In this document: positions 11,930-23,540 of the stretch, in pieces
How positions within the stretch are numbered: the first letter of the stretch is position 1
Layout: each line of letters starts with the position of its first letter
Source of the DNA: Macrostomum lignano
Lineage: Eukaryota
Reading direction: 5' to 3'
Length of the DNA: 64,000 nucleotides
Assembly: GCA_002269645.1 (NCBI GenBank)
Contig: NIVC01002256.1
Coordinates: 1-64,000 of the forward strand
Translations under genes and position numbers: made by a program
The notes under the pieces: model-generated
What the model saw: the letters and a program-made list of their open reading frames with translations, nothing else
The model's database searches: none
What the model was told of the DNA's origin: nothing

Positions 11930-13948
11930 CGAAGTTATCAGTGAATTTGTACCACTTATATAATTAATTCAACACTCACACCAAGTCAGGTAGAGTAAAA
12001 AGTCACGCGAAGCAGTTATGACATAATCAATTTCTTAGGCAAGTCAGTACCAGTGTCTATGAAAGTTAACAATATGGTTACGTAATATAAATTCAGTACT
12101 GCACTATACTTTCACCCTCAAAGCTGTGACGCAATTCAATTGAGTGTCAAATTCAGCCAGTACACAGACGATAAATAAAGTGTATTGTGATGCAATCTAT
12201 TTCAGAATCAGAATTCAACCAGTCAGATTTTTCTCTAGCATTCTTACAATGCATTTCAGGTCGAAAGAGCTGCTTGACCTTTGCAAAAAATCATGTTTTT
12301 CGAATATTTAATCCCTTTAACATTGAGCAATTTCTTAGCCAATATGCATGTACCGTCCCAGGAAAATTTCTGATCGAATGGTGCAAGTTTGAAGAAAATC
12401 GGTTGAGCCGTTCGGGAGAAAATCAATTACAAGCAAGCAACCAAGCATTTCATTTTTGGTATATTAGATTTATATCAGATATATTTTGATTGATCACTTT
12501 ATGATTTTAAGTTCTATTCTATAATTTTAATAGGCCCTAGCCCTAGGCCTAGTTTTTACCTAAGTAATTTTGTTTTTATAATAATAATTAGACTAGGCTA
12601 TAGCCTGTAACCTGTAGTAACCTGGTCTGGTCTTAGTGAATATAGGCCGACAGTTTTTCATTATTTATTAATATCTAATTTTATTAATCAAGTCTTAGAC
12701 TTTAAAATTATAGGCCTAATAAGGCCTAAAAATAAAATAGCAAGCCTAGTGCATGCTGCATTTTCCTTAGAATCATAGTGCTATTTTAGCACCTATTTCT
12801 TTGGTTTATAATATTTGGTTAAAATTTTTTTTATGTTTTTTGCAACATTATGCCTGGGTACTTAAAGATGGGCATAGGGTATAAGTAGTAGAGGATGTAA
12901 AATACAAGTAAAATGCCACACAAGCTGACACAGGATAATAGTATTTAACCTAATATAGGATATTGCCAAATTGATAGTCTTGCAAGGCCTAAAATACCAT
13001 ATGAACTTTAGGTATATGCCAAATAGGGTATCCAAAGTTTTATGCATAATATATTGCTTGAAATTTGGCTTGCAATTGGACCATATGTCCTTAATGCTGT
13101 TTATATAAACTTTAACATCATTAAAATCTTATATGTCCAACTTTTAGATTTTATCTAGGCCTAACTTATAAAAGAAATCCCAAAGCAAAAAATTAACATA
13201 ATTTTGAGTAAACAGTGGGAGTAACTATGAATATTATTAAGATTAATGACTTGTCATCTAATTAGTACTATGACTGTTTTGGGTTGGCATTTTTGCAACT
13301 TACCTTGGCTAGACCTCTTGCCACCTAGCTGAATTAGTCAGGTCAGCCAAGTGATAGGCATGTGTGATTAGGATTGCAAAAATATAGTGAATGATTCATG
13401 GTTATATGAATGGTTAGTGCAATTTTGGATAGATCAATATTACTAAGGTGCATATGATATGTAATATCGATATAAAAATAATAAAATGAAACTCAGTGGC
13501 GTACATATCCTGTGGACCCCCCCTTATATCTGCCACTGCTTGAAGGTCATTTATTACAGGACAGAGAAGAGACTGGACCTCTAAATTCCCTCAGTGTATT
13601 AGAGGTTGGCACTATAGAGTATATAATCCATGTAAGGTTGTAATAAGTTTTGTATATAATAATTTTTAATTTAAAAAAATTCAAAGTTAAATTTTTAATT
13701 TTATTATTAAGTATTCAAAAGTATTTGTTAAGTATCAAAATTAAAATTGCTAAAGATAATTTGTCATCTTCCATAGTTAGCTTATTCCTTTAGATTTATA
13801 ATTTATTTTAATTGAATTTCTTGATTTCCATTCAGTTGTAATATAATATCCTAATTGATGCAAATTGATTTCTACCTGATGGTTTAAACACATTCACGTT
13901 AAATATTGAAATAATTTAAAACAAATACACATCCTTGCACAAAGAGCA

Positions 13949-16900
13949 ATGCTGTCAATGCTTCGTTTTGCCTCCCCGGCATCCAATGGCATGCGTTTAT
14001 TCCGCTGCCAACAGTTCCGCCAGCTCTCGTCAGCTCCCGATGCACATGCTGAGCCACCATTCTTTGAAATGGTTGAGAAATTCTTTGACAAAGCTGCCAC
14101 CGTGCTGGAGCCGAAGCTCATTGATGAGCTGCCTGGCAAACTGCCTATGGAGGAGAGGACCAAAAAGGTTCGTGTTTTTTATTCCTATATTTACTACTCT
14201 TATTGAGACTTGATCGATTTGGAAGATTTAATTTGCACACTGATTCGATTTTTTCTTCCATTACTCGTGTTTGCAATTTTTTATTTTGGTCCTACTAAAT
14301 GCTTTTTTGATACTGTAGGAATGAGGTGTAGATTCCAAAGATGGGATTCTACATACCAAAGTTGGCATTTTCTTCCTAAAGATGGGATTTTGATCCCTTA
14401 GCTAGAAGTCTGATTGCGAAGATGGGATTTTGATTACAAAGAAGGGATTTGGATCTCAAAGATGGGAATTGGTCACAAAGATGGGATTTAGGTCCCAAAG
14501 ATGGGATTTGGATCCCAAAGATGGGATTTAGGTCCCAAAGATGGGATTTAGATCCCCAAGATGGGATTTGGATCCCAAAGGTAGGATTTTAATCCCAAAG
14601 ATGGGATTTGGATCCCCAATAGGGGATTTAGATCCTTAGAATCAGATTTTGGTCTAAAATGGGATTTCTATATCAAATATAAAATTTCAAATATGAAAAT
14701 TTGATATTGCAAACAAGGTTTCGGCTCTGCAAATAATATTTAAAAAATACACCTACAGATGAGGTTTCAACCGAAACCCCATTAACTTCAGGTGCGTGGC
14801 ATCCTAAGCATCGTGAAGCCGTGCAACCACGTCCTCGAGGTCACCTTCCCTATTCGTCGGGACGACGGTCGCTTTGAAATCATTCGCGGCTGGCGGGCGC
14901 AGCACTCGCTGCACCGAACTCCGTGCAAAGGCGGCATTCGCTACGCCCCGGATGTCAACAAGAACGAAGTCATGGCCCTGTCGGCCCTCATGACCTACAA
15001 GTGCGCCGTGGTGGACGTGCCCTTCGGGGGCGCCAAGGCCGGCTTGGCTGTCAATCCCAAGGAGTACTCGGAGAACGAGCTGGAGAAGATCACTCGGCGA
15101 TTCACCGTTGAGCTGGCTAAGAAGGGCTTTATTGGGCCGGGCGTTGACGTGCCCGCGCCGGACATGGGCACCGGCGAGCGGGAAATGAGCTGGATTGCCG
15201 ACACCTACGCTAATACTCACGGTGCGGCCTTGTGGGATTCTGGATTGGGGATGTGGGATTCTAGATTTGGGATGTGGGATTCTGGATTGGGGATGTGGGA
15301 TTCTTGATTGGGGATGTGGGATTCTGGATTGGGGATGTGGGATTCTGGATTATGGATGTGGGATTCTGGATTATGGATGTGGGATTCTAGATTTGGGATG
15401 TGGGATTCTGGATTAGGGATGTGGGATTCTAGATTTGGGATGTGGGATTCTGGATTGGAGATGTGGGATTCTGGATTGGGGATGTGGGATTCTGGATTGG
15501 GGATGTGGGATTCTGGATTGGGGATGTGGGATTCTGGATTGGAGATGTGGGATTCTGGATTGGGGATGTGGGATTCTGGATTTGAGATGTGGGATTCTAA
15601 ATTGGGGATGTTGGATTCTAGATTGGGGATGTGGGATTCTAGATTTGAGATGTGCGATTCTAAATTAGGGATCTGGGATTCTAGATTTGAGATGTGGGAT
15701 TCTGGTTTAGGATGTGTGATTATGGTTTAGGATGTGTGATTCTGGTTTAGGATGTGTGATTCTGGTTTAGGATGTGTGATTCTGGTTTAGGATGTGTGAT
15801 TCTGGTTTAGGATGTGTGATTCTGGTTTAGGATGTGTGATTCTGGTTTAGGATGTGTGATTCTGGTTTAGGATGTGTGATTCTGGTTTAGGATGTGTGAT
15901 TCTGGTTTAGGATGTGTGATTCTGGTTTAGGATGTGTGATTCTGGTTTAGGATGTGGGATTCTGGATTAGGTTAAGATGGAGTTCTAAATGTCTATATTC
16001 TGTACATCAGTTTTTGTCTTTCAAATCGCTATCTCCATCCTAAATGTACTCAAATTCCGATCGATTCTACAGGCTTCAAAGACCTGGACGCGTACGCCTG
16101 CGTCACTGGCAAGCCGATCGCCATGGGCGGCATTCACGGCCGCACCTCGGCCACTGGCCGGGTGAGTTTTCCTAGAAAACACTGTTTATTCCTTATTTTA
16201 CTGGAGTGTTTAACACCCTTTATTAACAATGATAGCAAACGTAGCAGTCCATGAATTAATCCCACACCCAAGGTGGATTATCCTACATTCCTTATTATCC
16301 CACCCTAATTATCCTGCACCCCTAATTGTCCCACTCCCCTAATTATCCCACACCCCTAATTATCCCATGTAGCTAATAATCCCACACCTTTTCATAATTC
16401 CTTAATACCAAAACACGTGGCCATCGCCAAACTGAAACGGCATTTCCCTCACCAGGGTGTGTTTCACGGCATCGAGAACTTCATCAACGAGGCCAGCTAC
16501 ATGAGCCAGGTGGGCCTCACGCCCGGCTTTGGCGACAAAACCTTCATTATCCAGGGCTTCGGCAACGTGGGCCTGCACTCCATGCGCTACCTGCACAGGG
16601 CCGGCGCCAAGTGCGTGGGCGTCATCGAGTTTGACGGAGCCATCCACAATCCTGACGGCATTGACCCCAAGGAGCTAGAGAACTACAAGATTGTGAGGCT
16701 GACTGACTGACTGACTGACAGACAGACAGACACACAGACAGACACAAAAACACAGACACAGACTAAAGACACACAGACAGACAGACACATATACATAGAC
16801 ATAATCACAGACACATGGACATAGACATAATCACAGACACATGGACATAGACATAATCACAGACACATAAACATAGACATATTCACAGACACATAAACAT

Positions 16901-18362
16901 AGACATAATCACAGACACATGGACATAGACATAATCACAGACACATGGACATAGACATAATCACAGACACATGGACATAGACATAATCACAGACACATGG
17001 ACATAGACATAATCACAGACACATAAACATAGACATAATCACAGACACATAAACATAGACATAATCACAGACACATGGACATAGACATAATCACAGACAC
17101 ATGGACATAGACATAATCACAGACACATGGACATAGACATAATCACAGACACATGGACATAGACATATTCACAGACACATGGACATAGACATAATCACAG
17201 ACACATAAACATAGACATATTCACAGACACATAAACATAGACATAATCACAGACACATGGACATAGAAATAATCACAGACACATGGACATAGACATAATC
17301 ACAGACACATGGACATAGACATAATCACAGACACATGGACATAGACATAATCACAGACACATGGACATAGACATATTCACAGACACATAAACATAGACAT
17401 AATCACAGACACATGGACATAGACATAATCACAGACACATGGACATAATCACAGACACATGGACACAGACATAATCACAGACACATAAACATAGACATAA
17501 TCACAGACACATGGACATAGACAAAATCACAGCAGACACAGAAACATAGACATATTCACAGACACATAAAAACAGACATAATCACAGACACATAAACATA
17601 GACATAATCACAGACACATGGACATAGACATAATCACAGACACATGGACATAGACATAATCACAGCAGACACATAGACATAGTCACAGACACAGACACAG
17701 AAACACACAGACTCACCCAGTCCCCCGCCGGCCCGCAGGAGCATGGCACCATCGTGGGTTTCCCTGGAGCCAAAGCCTACGAACCCAAGGACGACCTGAT
17801 GTTCGAGAAGTGCGACATCCTGGTGCCGGCCGCGTCAGAGAAGGCCATCAATCTGGGCAACGCGCACCGCATCCAAGCTCGCATCATCGCGGAGGGCGCC
17901 AACGGGCCAACCACGGGAGCGGCCGAGCAGATCCTGCGCGACAACAGCGTGCTGGTGATTCCCGACCTCTACCTGAACGCTGGCGGTGTCACCGTGTCCT
18001 ACTTCGAATGGCTGAAGAATCTCAACCACGTTAGCTACGGCCGGTTGACCTTCAAATACGAGCGCGACTCGAACTACCAGCTGCTGGAGAGCGTGCAGCA
18101 GTCGCTAGAGCGCAAGTTCGGCCGTCACGGCGGCAAGATCCCCGTGACGCCCACTAGCGACTACGAGGCCAGGATGGCCGGCGCCAATGAAAAGGACATT
18201 GTGCACTCTGGCCTAGCGTTCACTATGGAGAGATCGGCTACTAACATGATGCGCATTGGTATGAAGTACAATCTGGGGCTGGACCTGCGCACCGCAGCTT
18301 TTATCGGAGCCATTGAGAAGATTTATCAGGTGTACCGCACCTCCGGCTTGCTGTTTATCTAA
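13949..18362 (+). CDS. GLUD1: Mitochondrial glutamate dehydrogenase (NAD(P)+), 532 aa, 5 exons
   Basis: Exons 13949-14167, 14792-15221, 16073-16161, 16456-16692 and 17739-18362 have GT-AG boundaries and compatible phases (1599 nt). Motifs: [84 protein letters not shown], plus an animal-type antenna region and an Arg-rich transit-peptide-like N-terminus. Confidence 0.97.
14335..14640. repeat. ~20-bp repeat (AAAGATGGGATTTGGATCCC) in GDH intron 1
   Basis: Direct periodicity. Confidence 0.85.
15228..15970. repeat. Compound minisatellite in GDH intron 2: 21-bp GGGATGTGGGATTCTGGATTG switching near 15700 to 20-bp GATGTGTGATTCTGGTTTAG
   Basis: Direct periodicity; begins within about 10 nt of the donor. 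Confidence 0.95.
16700..17710. repeat. ACTG/ACAG microsatellite grading into a 26-bp minisatellite (ACATAATCACAGACACATGGACATAG) in GDH intron 4
   Basis: Direct periodicity; fills nearly the whole intron. Confidence 0.95.
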
Positions 18363-18610
18363 AACTTGACTAAATTTCAGTGTTTTTATTTATCCAAATT
18401 GCCTTTAGGATGCGTGTCATTTTCATTTTATTTATTAGGTCCCTTTTGATTTCAGTATACTCTGTTTGTGTTTGCTTCCTCTGCTTCTGTTGCAGATTAT
18501 ACCAGTTTGTTGAAGGTCAAACTGTGCACACAGTTCTATCTTTAAACTTTCAAAATCCAGTCGTAGAAATTCTTTTAATAATTGTCATATAGAGTATTCT
18601 TAGAGTCGCA

Positions 18611-18616
18611 AATAAA
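18611..18616 (+). terminator. Candidate AATAAA polyadenylation signal of GDH
   Basis: AATAAA about 250 nt after the stop codon, immediately before a satellite. Confidence 0.4.
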
Positions 18617-19685
18617 CCATTCTTAGAATTGCCACTAAACCGTTTCTAGGAACCGCTTCTAAACCATTTCTAAAAATTTCCACTTAAACCATTTCTTAGA
18701 AACCCCACTAAATCGTTTCTAAGAATCGCCACTAAATCATTTCTTAGAATCGCCACTCAACCATTTCTAAGAATCGCCACTAAACCATTTCTAAGAATCG
18801 CCACTAAATCGTTTCTTAGAATCGCCACCTAATCGTTTCTTAGAATCGCCACTCTATCATTTCTTAGAATCGCCACTAAATCGTTTCTTAGAATCGTCAC
18901 GAAACAGTTCTTAGAATCGCCACCCAATCGTTTCTTAAAATCGCCACTCCATCGTTTCTAAGAATCGCCACCCAATCGTTTCTTAGAATCACCAGTCAAT
19001 CGTTTCTTAAAATCGCCACCCAATCGTTTCTTAGAATCGCCACCCAATCGTTTCTTAGAATCACCAGTCAATCGTTTCTTAAAATCGCCACTCTATCATT
19101 TCTTAGAATCGCCACTGAACCATTTCTAAGAATCGCCACTAAACAGTTTCTTAGAATCGCCACCTATCGTTTCTTAGAATCGCCACCCAATCGTTTCTTA
19201 GAATCGCCACTCTATCATTTCTTAGAATCGCTACTCAACCGTTTCTTAGAATCGCCACCTAATAGTTTCTTAGAATCGCCACTGAACCATTTCTAAGAAT
19301 CGCCACTAAACAGTTTCTTAGAATCGCCACCTATCGTTTCTTAGAATCGCCACCCAATCGTTTCTTAGAATCGCCACTCTATCATTTCTTAGAATCGCCA
19401 CTCTATCATTTCTTAGAATCGCTACTCAACCGTTTCTTAGAATCGCCACCTAATAGTTTCTTAGAATCGCCACTAAATCGTTTCTTAGAATCGCCACTAA
19501 ATCGTTTCTTAGAATCGCCACTTAATCGTTTCTTAGAATGGCCACTTAATCGTTTTTTAGAATCGCCACTTAATCGTTTCTTAGAATCGCCACTAAGTCG
19601 TTTCTTAGAATCGCCACCCTAATCGTTTCTTAGAACCGCTTCTACACAATTCTAAAAATCGTCACTAAACCATTTCTAAGAATTT
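18612..19685. repeat. ~22-23 bp minisatellite (AATCGTTTCTTAGAATCGCCACT)
   Basis: Direct periodicity; units alternate TTCTTAGAA / TTCTAAGAA, which are mutual reverse complements. Confidence 0.95.
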
Positions 19686-20433
19686 TCAATGGTTTAAAAT
19701 GTCAGAGAATTGTCTTCCAGTTCAGATTTTAAGCCACATAAATTGTTCACCATAGTTTCAGTACAATAGCATTGTATAATTATAGAATTAAAATAAATTA
19801 ATAACTTGTAGTGATTGCCGATTAACCAACAGTTGTTTTCAAACCTAATTAAAGTTATGCTTTGTTTTATACACCTTTTGGAAGTTATTGCCTTAGTTTT
19901 CTAATGTCGAGTCTGATTCTGATTTTTTCAAATTAAGCTTATAAGTAGTTAGGCAGATCTCTTCTATTCGCTTATTTACCTTGGTTAACTATGCGTAAAT
20001 GTTTTTACAAGTTTCTAGCATTGATTTTTATATTCTAGAAGCAAAATCACTCAATTTTTCTGTAATGGGTAAAATTGATATTGAAATAATGCATATTCTA
20101 AACACACAAGAATCTTTGTGACGCACTTAAACAATTGAAAACTGTTTAGAATATGTATTTATCATTTTATTTAATGCGCTTCTTTGCGATTGGAATTTAT
20201 TCATATTGTAGCTTGCATCCAACAGCAAAGTGTGTGATGATTTTATTGTACTAGCGAGATCGGCCGCTCGTCTTTGTCCTTCTGCTTTTCATTGGCTAAA
20301 TTTATCATTATAGCTGAACGTCTTTTTTTTCAAACAAAATCAAGAACTAACGATCTTATATTTCTGTTCTAATCATTGTGTCTTCTGCTTTTTTATCAGA
20401 AAAATTTGGCCAGAATTGCCTGAAAAGTGGGAA

Positions 20434-20964
20434 ATGATATTCGATAATAAATCAAAAGCATTGTCGTACAACTTTCAGCAGCAGGCATCGAATCGTTCTC
20501 TGTTGCTATGGCGACGCCTCACTAGCGTTGCCGCGCCGCGCCTGCCATTCAGCGTGGATTCCGGGGCCGGGCAGCAGCCGCCGCCTCCTCGTCGCACCCG
20601 CGTCCTGTACGACGGCGGCTGCCCGCTGTGCAGCCGCGAGGTGGCGCTGGTGCGCAAAGCCAACGGCCTGCGTAGCGGCGAATTGACATTCGAATTCTGC
20701 GACATCACCAAGCCGGAGCAGTTCGACCCGGTCTCCGCAGAGCACGGTATCTCGCGTGAGCAGGCCATGTCGCAGCTGCACGTCATCGGGCAGGACGGCC
20801 GGATCTACCGCGGCGTCGAGGCGTTTCGCAGGATGTACTCGGACGCCGGCTGGGACGGCCTGGTTGAGATGACGAAGATTCCCTCTGTTAACCGGCTTCT
20901 GACCAGCAGCTACGCTTGGTTTGCTAAGCACAGGACTAAACTGCAGAGTCTGGGCCAGGATTAG
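20434..20964 (+). CDS. DCC1-like (DUF393) thiol-disulfide oxidoreductase; single exon; 5' end uncertain
   Basis: The DxxCxxC motif RVLYDGGCPLCSREVALVRK is followed by a domain with SQLHVIGQDGRIYRGVEAFRRMY and YAWFAKHR. Codon use is GC-rich from about 20480. The N-terminal R/L/S-rich segment resembles a transit peptide. Confidence 0.85.
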   Translation: MIFDNKSKALSYNFQQQASNRSLLLWRRLTSVAAPRLPFSVDSGAGQQPPPPRRTRVLYDGGCPLCSREVALVRKANGLRSGELTFEFCDITKPEQFDPVSAEHGISREQAMSQLHVIGQDGRIYRGVEAFRRMYSDAGWDGLVEMTKIPSVNRLLTSSYAWFAKHRTKLQSLGQD

Positions 20965-21039
20965 GCCTGATAATTCATATTGGGTGCAAATTATTTCATT
21001 TGGCCTGCATGTACACTGCTTGAACTTTGTGGTGCACAT

Positions 21040-21630
21040 TTGCCTGGCTAGCCAGTGTACATCAGTTAAAGTACATTTGCCTGGCTAGCCAATGTACATT
21101 AGTTAAAGTACATTAGTCTGGCTAGCCAATGTACATCAGTTAAAGTACATTTGCCTGGCTAGCCAATGTACATTAGTTAAAGTACATTAGTCTGGCTAGC
21201 CAATGTACATCAGTTAAAGTACATTAGTCTGGCTAGCCAGTGTACATCAGTTAAAGTACATTAGTCTGGCTAGCCAGTGTACATCAATTAGTGTACATTC
21301 GTTTGGCTAGCCAGTGTACATCAGTTAAAATACATTCGTTTGGCTAGCCAGTGTACATCAATTAGTGTAGATTAGTCTAGCTAGCCAGTGTACATCAGTT
21401 AGTGTAGATTAGTCTAGCTAGCCAGTGTACATTAATTAGTGTAGATTAGTCTAGCTAGCCAGTGTACATCAATTAGTGTACATTAGTCTGGCTAGCCAGT
21501 GTACATCAATTAGTGTACATTAGTCTAGCTAGCCAGTGTACATCAGTTAGTGTAAATTAGTCTGGCTAGCCAGTGTACATCAATTAGTGTACATTAGTCT
21601 AGCTAGCCAGTGTACATCAGTTAGTGTACA
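21040..21630. repeat. ~37-bp minisatellite (AGCCAGTGTACATCAGTTAGTGTACATTAGTCTGGCT) with an internal inverted repeat
   Basis: Direct periodicity; TAGCCAG...CTGGCTA arms. Confidence 0.9.
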
Positions 21631-21959
21631 TGCGCATTCGTGAGTATTTGATTTTCACAAATGGAACTGACGCTTTAATGTGCACCGACTGTTAGCGAGT
21701 AAAGCGTTGCTATTTTGTCTTCTTCAATTTTTCCAATAGTTCTGAATGTCAAATATGATTTATTACTATGGTTTAGTGTGTCTTCAGTTTCTAGAGAGTA
21801 ATTGCGTCCTTGCCCTCGTTGTTTTCGGTTTATACTTGGAGTAGTTGAGCAGTGAGAACAATGTTTAATTTTTTATATCAATATAAACCGAAATTACGAA
21901 AAATTTGGAACGTAGCAGATCGTCTGAATGTTTTTGGTTGGATTTTATTTTTATATACT

Positions 21960-22385
21960 GTCGCTATGGTGTTGCTGTGCTGTTGCTATGGTGTTTCTAT
22001 GATTTTGCTTTGGTGTTACTGTGCTGTTGCTATGGTGTCGCTGCGCTGTTGCTATGCTGTTACCATGGTTTAGCTGTGCTGTTGCTATGGTGTCGCTATG
22101 TTGTTGCTATGGTGTTTCTATGCTGTTGCTATGGTGTTGCTGTGCTGTTGCTATTCTGTTTCTATGCTGCTGCTATGGTGTCGCTATGTTGTTGCTATGG
22201 TGTTTCTATACTGTTGCTATGGTGTTGCTGTGCTGTTGCCATTCTGTTTCTATGCTGCTGCTATGGTGTCGCTATGTTGTTGCTATGGTGTTTCTATACT
22301 TTTGCTATGGTGTTTCTATGCTGTTGCTATGGTGTTTCTATGCTGTTGCTATGCTGTTTATGTGCCGTTGCTATGGTGATTTCAA
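21960..22385. repeat. 22-bp minisatellite (TGCTGTTGCTATGGTGTTTCTA)
   Basis: Direct periodicity; source of the Cys/Leu-rich spurious ORFs. Confidence 0.9.
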
Positions 22386-22458
22386 CGCCGTTTCAATGCT
22401 CTGGTGTGGTCTTATAGAACTTTAAGGAGGTTCCCAACCTACTGTATTGCATGCCACA

Positions 22459-22851
22459 ATGGGCCAGGCTCTGGTGCCGGACCGGCTGAAGCACATGCAC
22501 GACATGTACCTGAACCCGGATGCGGCCCCGGATTTAATCAAAGGCTCGCGCTTCGACCCGCTGCTGGGCTTCCCGAACGGTCGCAAGGAGCGGCCGATGC
22601 CGCCAATCACGGAGGACGAGATGATCATGGCCGGCCTGCCCGAGCAACAGCGTGACTACTGCGCCCACTGGTACCTGGCCTTCTTCAAATGCCGCTACCA
22701 GTACAAGGCGCGCTCCTTCTGGAAGTGCGCCGACGTGCTGCACGGCGTTGAACAGTGCCAGTACGACGATCGGGTGCTGCGGATGAAGGAGCACGAGCGG
22801 GAGCGGCGCCTGATGCTGCGCCAGGCCAAGGGTCAACTTGAACTGGAGTGA
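22459..22851 (+). CDS. NDUFB7: NADH dehydrogenase [ubiquinone] 1 beta subcomplex subunit 7 (B18), 130 aa, intronless CDS
   Basis: MG start, FDPLLGFPNGRKER, EMIMAGLPEQQRDYCAH, twin CX9C (CAHWYLAFFKC; CADVLHGVEQC) and RMKEHERERRLM. Confidence 0.93.
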   Translation: MGQALVPDRLKHMHDMYLNPDAAPDLIKGSRFDPLLGFPNGRKERPMPPITEDEMIMAGLPEQQRDYCAHWYLAFFKCRYQYKARSFWKCADVLHGVEQCQYDDRVLRMKEHERERRLMLRQAKGQLELE

Positions 22852-23134
22852 ATCCGCGAATGCAACTATAAATAATACCACTTCAACACTTGATACTACT
22901 CACTTGTCGTTCGAGCATCAGTAGTGCATAGTGTGTGTGTGTCTAAGCTGGAAAAATACCCCCCTTGTAATCCCCTGTGAGTGAGAAACGTGAGACACCT
23001 AGAAATTTAAATAAATATTTCATATAGTTAGTCTAACACTGTCTTAGCCGTTTTATCGTAATGCAAACGACTCGTATTCTTGCGAATTTGTTTATTTGTA
23101 TTTCTATACCTAACAGATTATCACTAGTATCTAA

Positions 23135-23540
23135 CATCTTACAGTAGCGTCCGTATCGAACACACGAGACTCAGAATCCGTATCTAACAGATGAGAATTC
23201 ATATCTAACAGATCAGAATCCATGATTCGATCTGTTTGATCTAACAGATCAAAATCCGTATCTAACAGATGAGAATCCATATCTAACAGATAAAAATCCG
23301 TATCTAACAGATGAGAATCCATATCTAACAGATCGAAATCCGTATCTAACAGATGAGAATCCATATCTAAATGATCAAAATCCGTATCTAACAGATGAGA
23401 ATCCATATCTAACAGATCGAAATCCGTATCTAACAGATGAGAATCCATATCTAAATGATCAAAATCCGTATCTAACAGATGAGAATCCATATCTAAATGA
23501 TCAAAATCCGTATCTAACAGATGAGAATCCATATCTAGCA
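23135..23540. repeat. 21/42-bp minisatellite (ATCCGTATCTAACAGATGAGA / ATCCATATCTAACAGATCGAA)
   Basis: Direct periodicity. Confidence 0.9.

Larger units (their letters stand above)
6823..12468 (-). mobile_element. Helitron termini (5' TC at 12468; 3' hairpin + CTAG at 6823) bracketing satellite arrays; possibly one non-autonomous Helitron
   Basis: The minus-strand 5' end A|TCTAATATACCAAAAATGAAATGCTTGGTTGCTTGCTTG...AACCGATTTTCTTCAAACTTGCACC is typical of short non-autonomous Helitron heads. The 3' end has an 8-bp stem TGCTCCCC-GAA-GGGGGGCA (6836-6854), then 9 nt, then CTAG|T. That both ends belong to one element is inferred. Confidence 0.55.

Noticed and set aside
15195-15730. WDSGLGM / CGILDWG repeat ORFs
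   Set aside because: Read-through into the GDH intron-2 minisatellite beyond the donor at 15222.
21852-22425. Cys/Leu-rich membrane-like ORFs
   Set aside because: 22-bp minisatellite open in all three frames.
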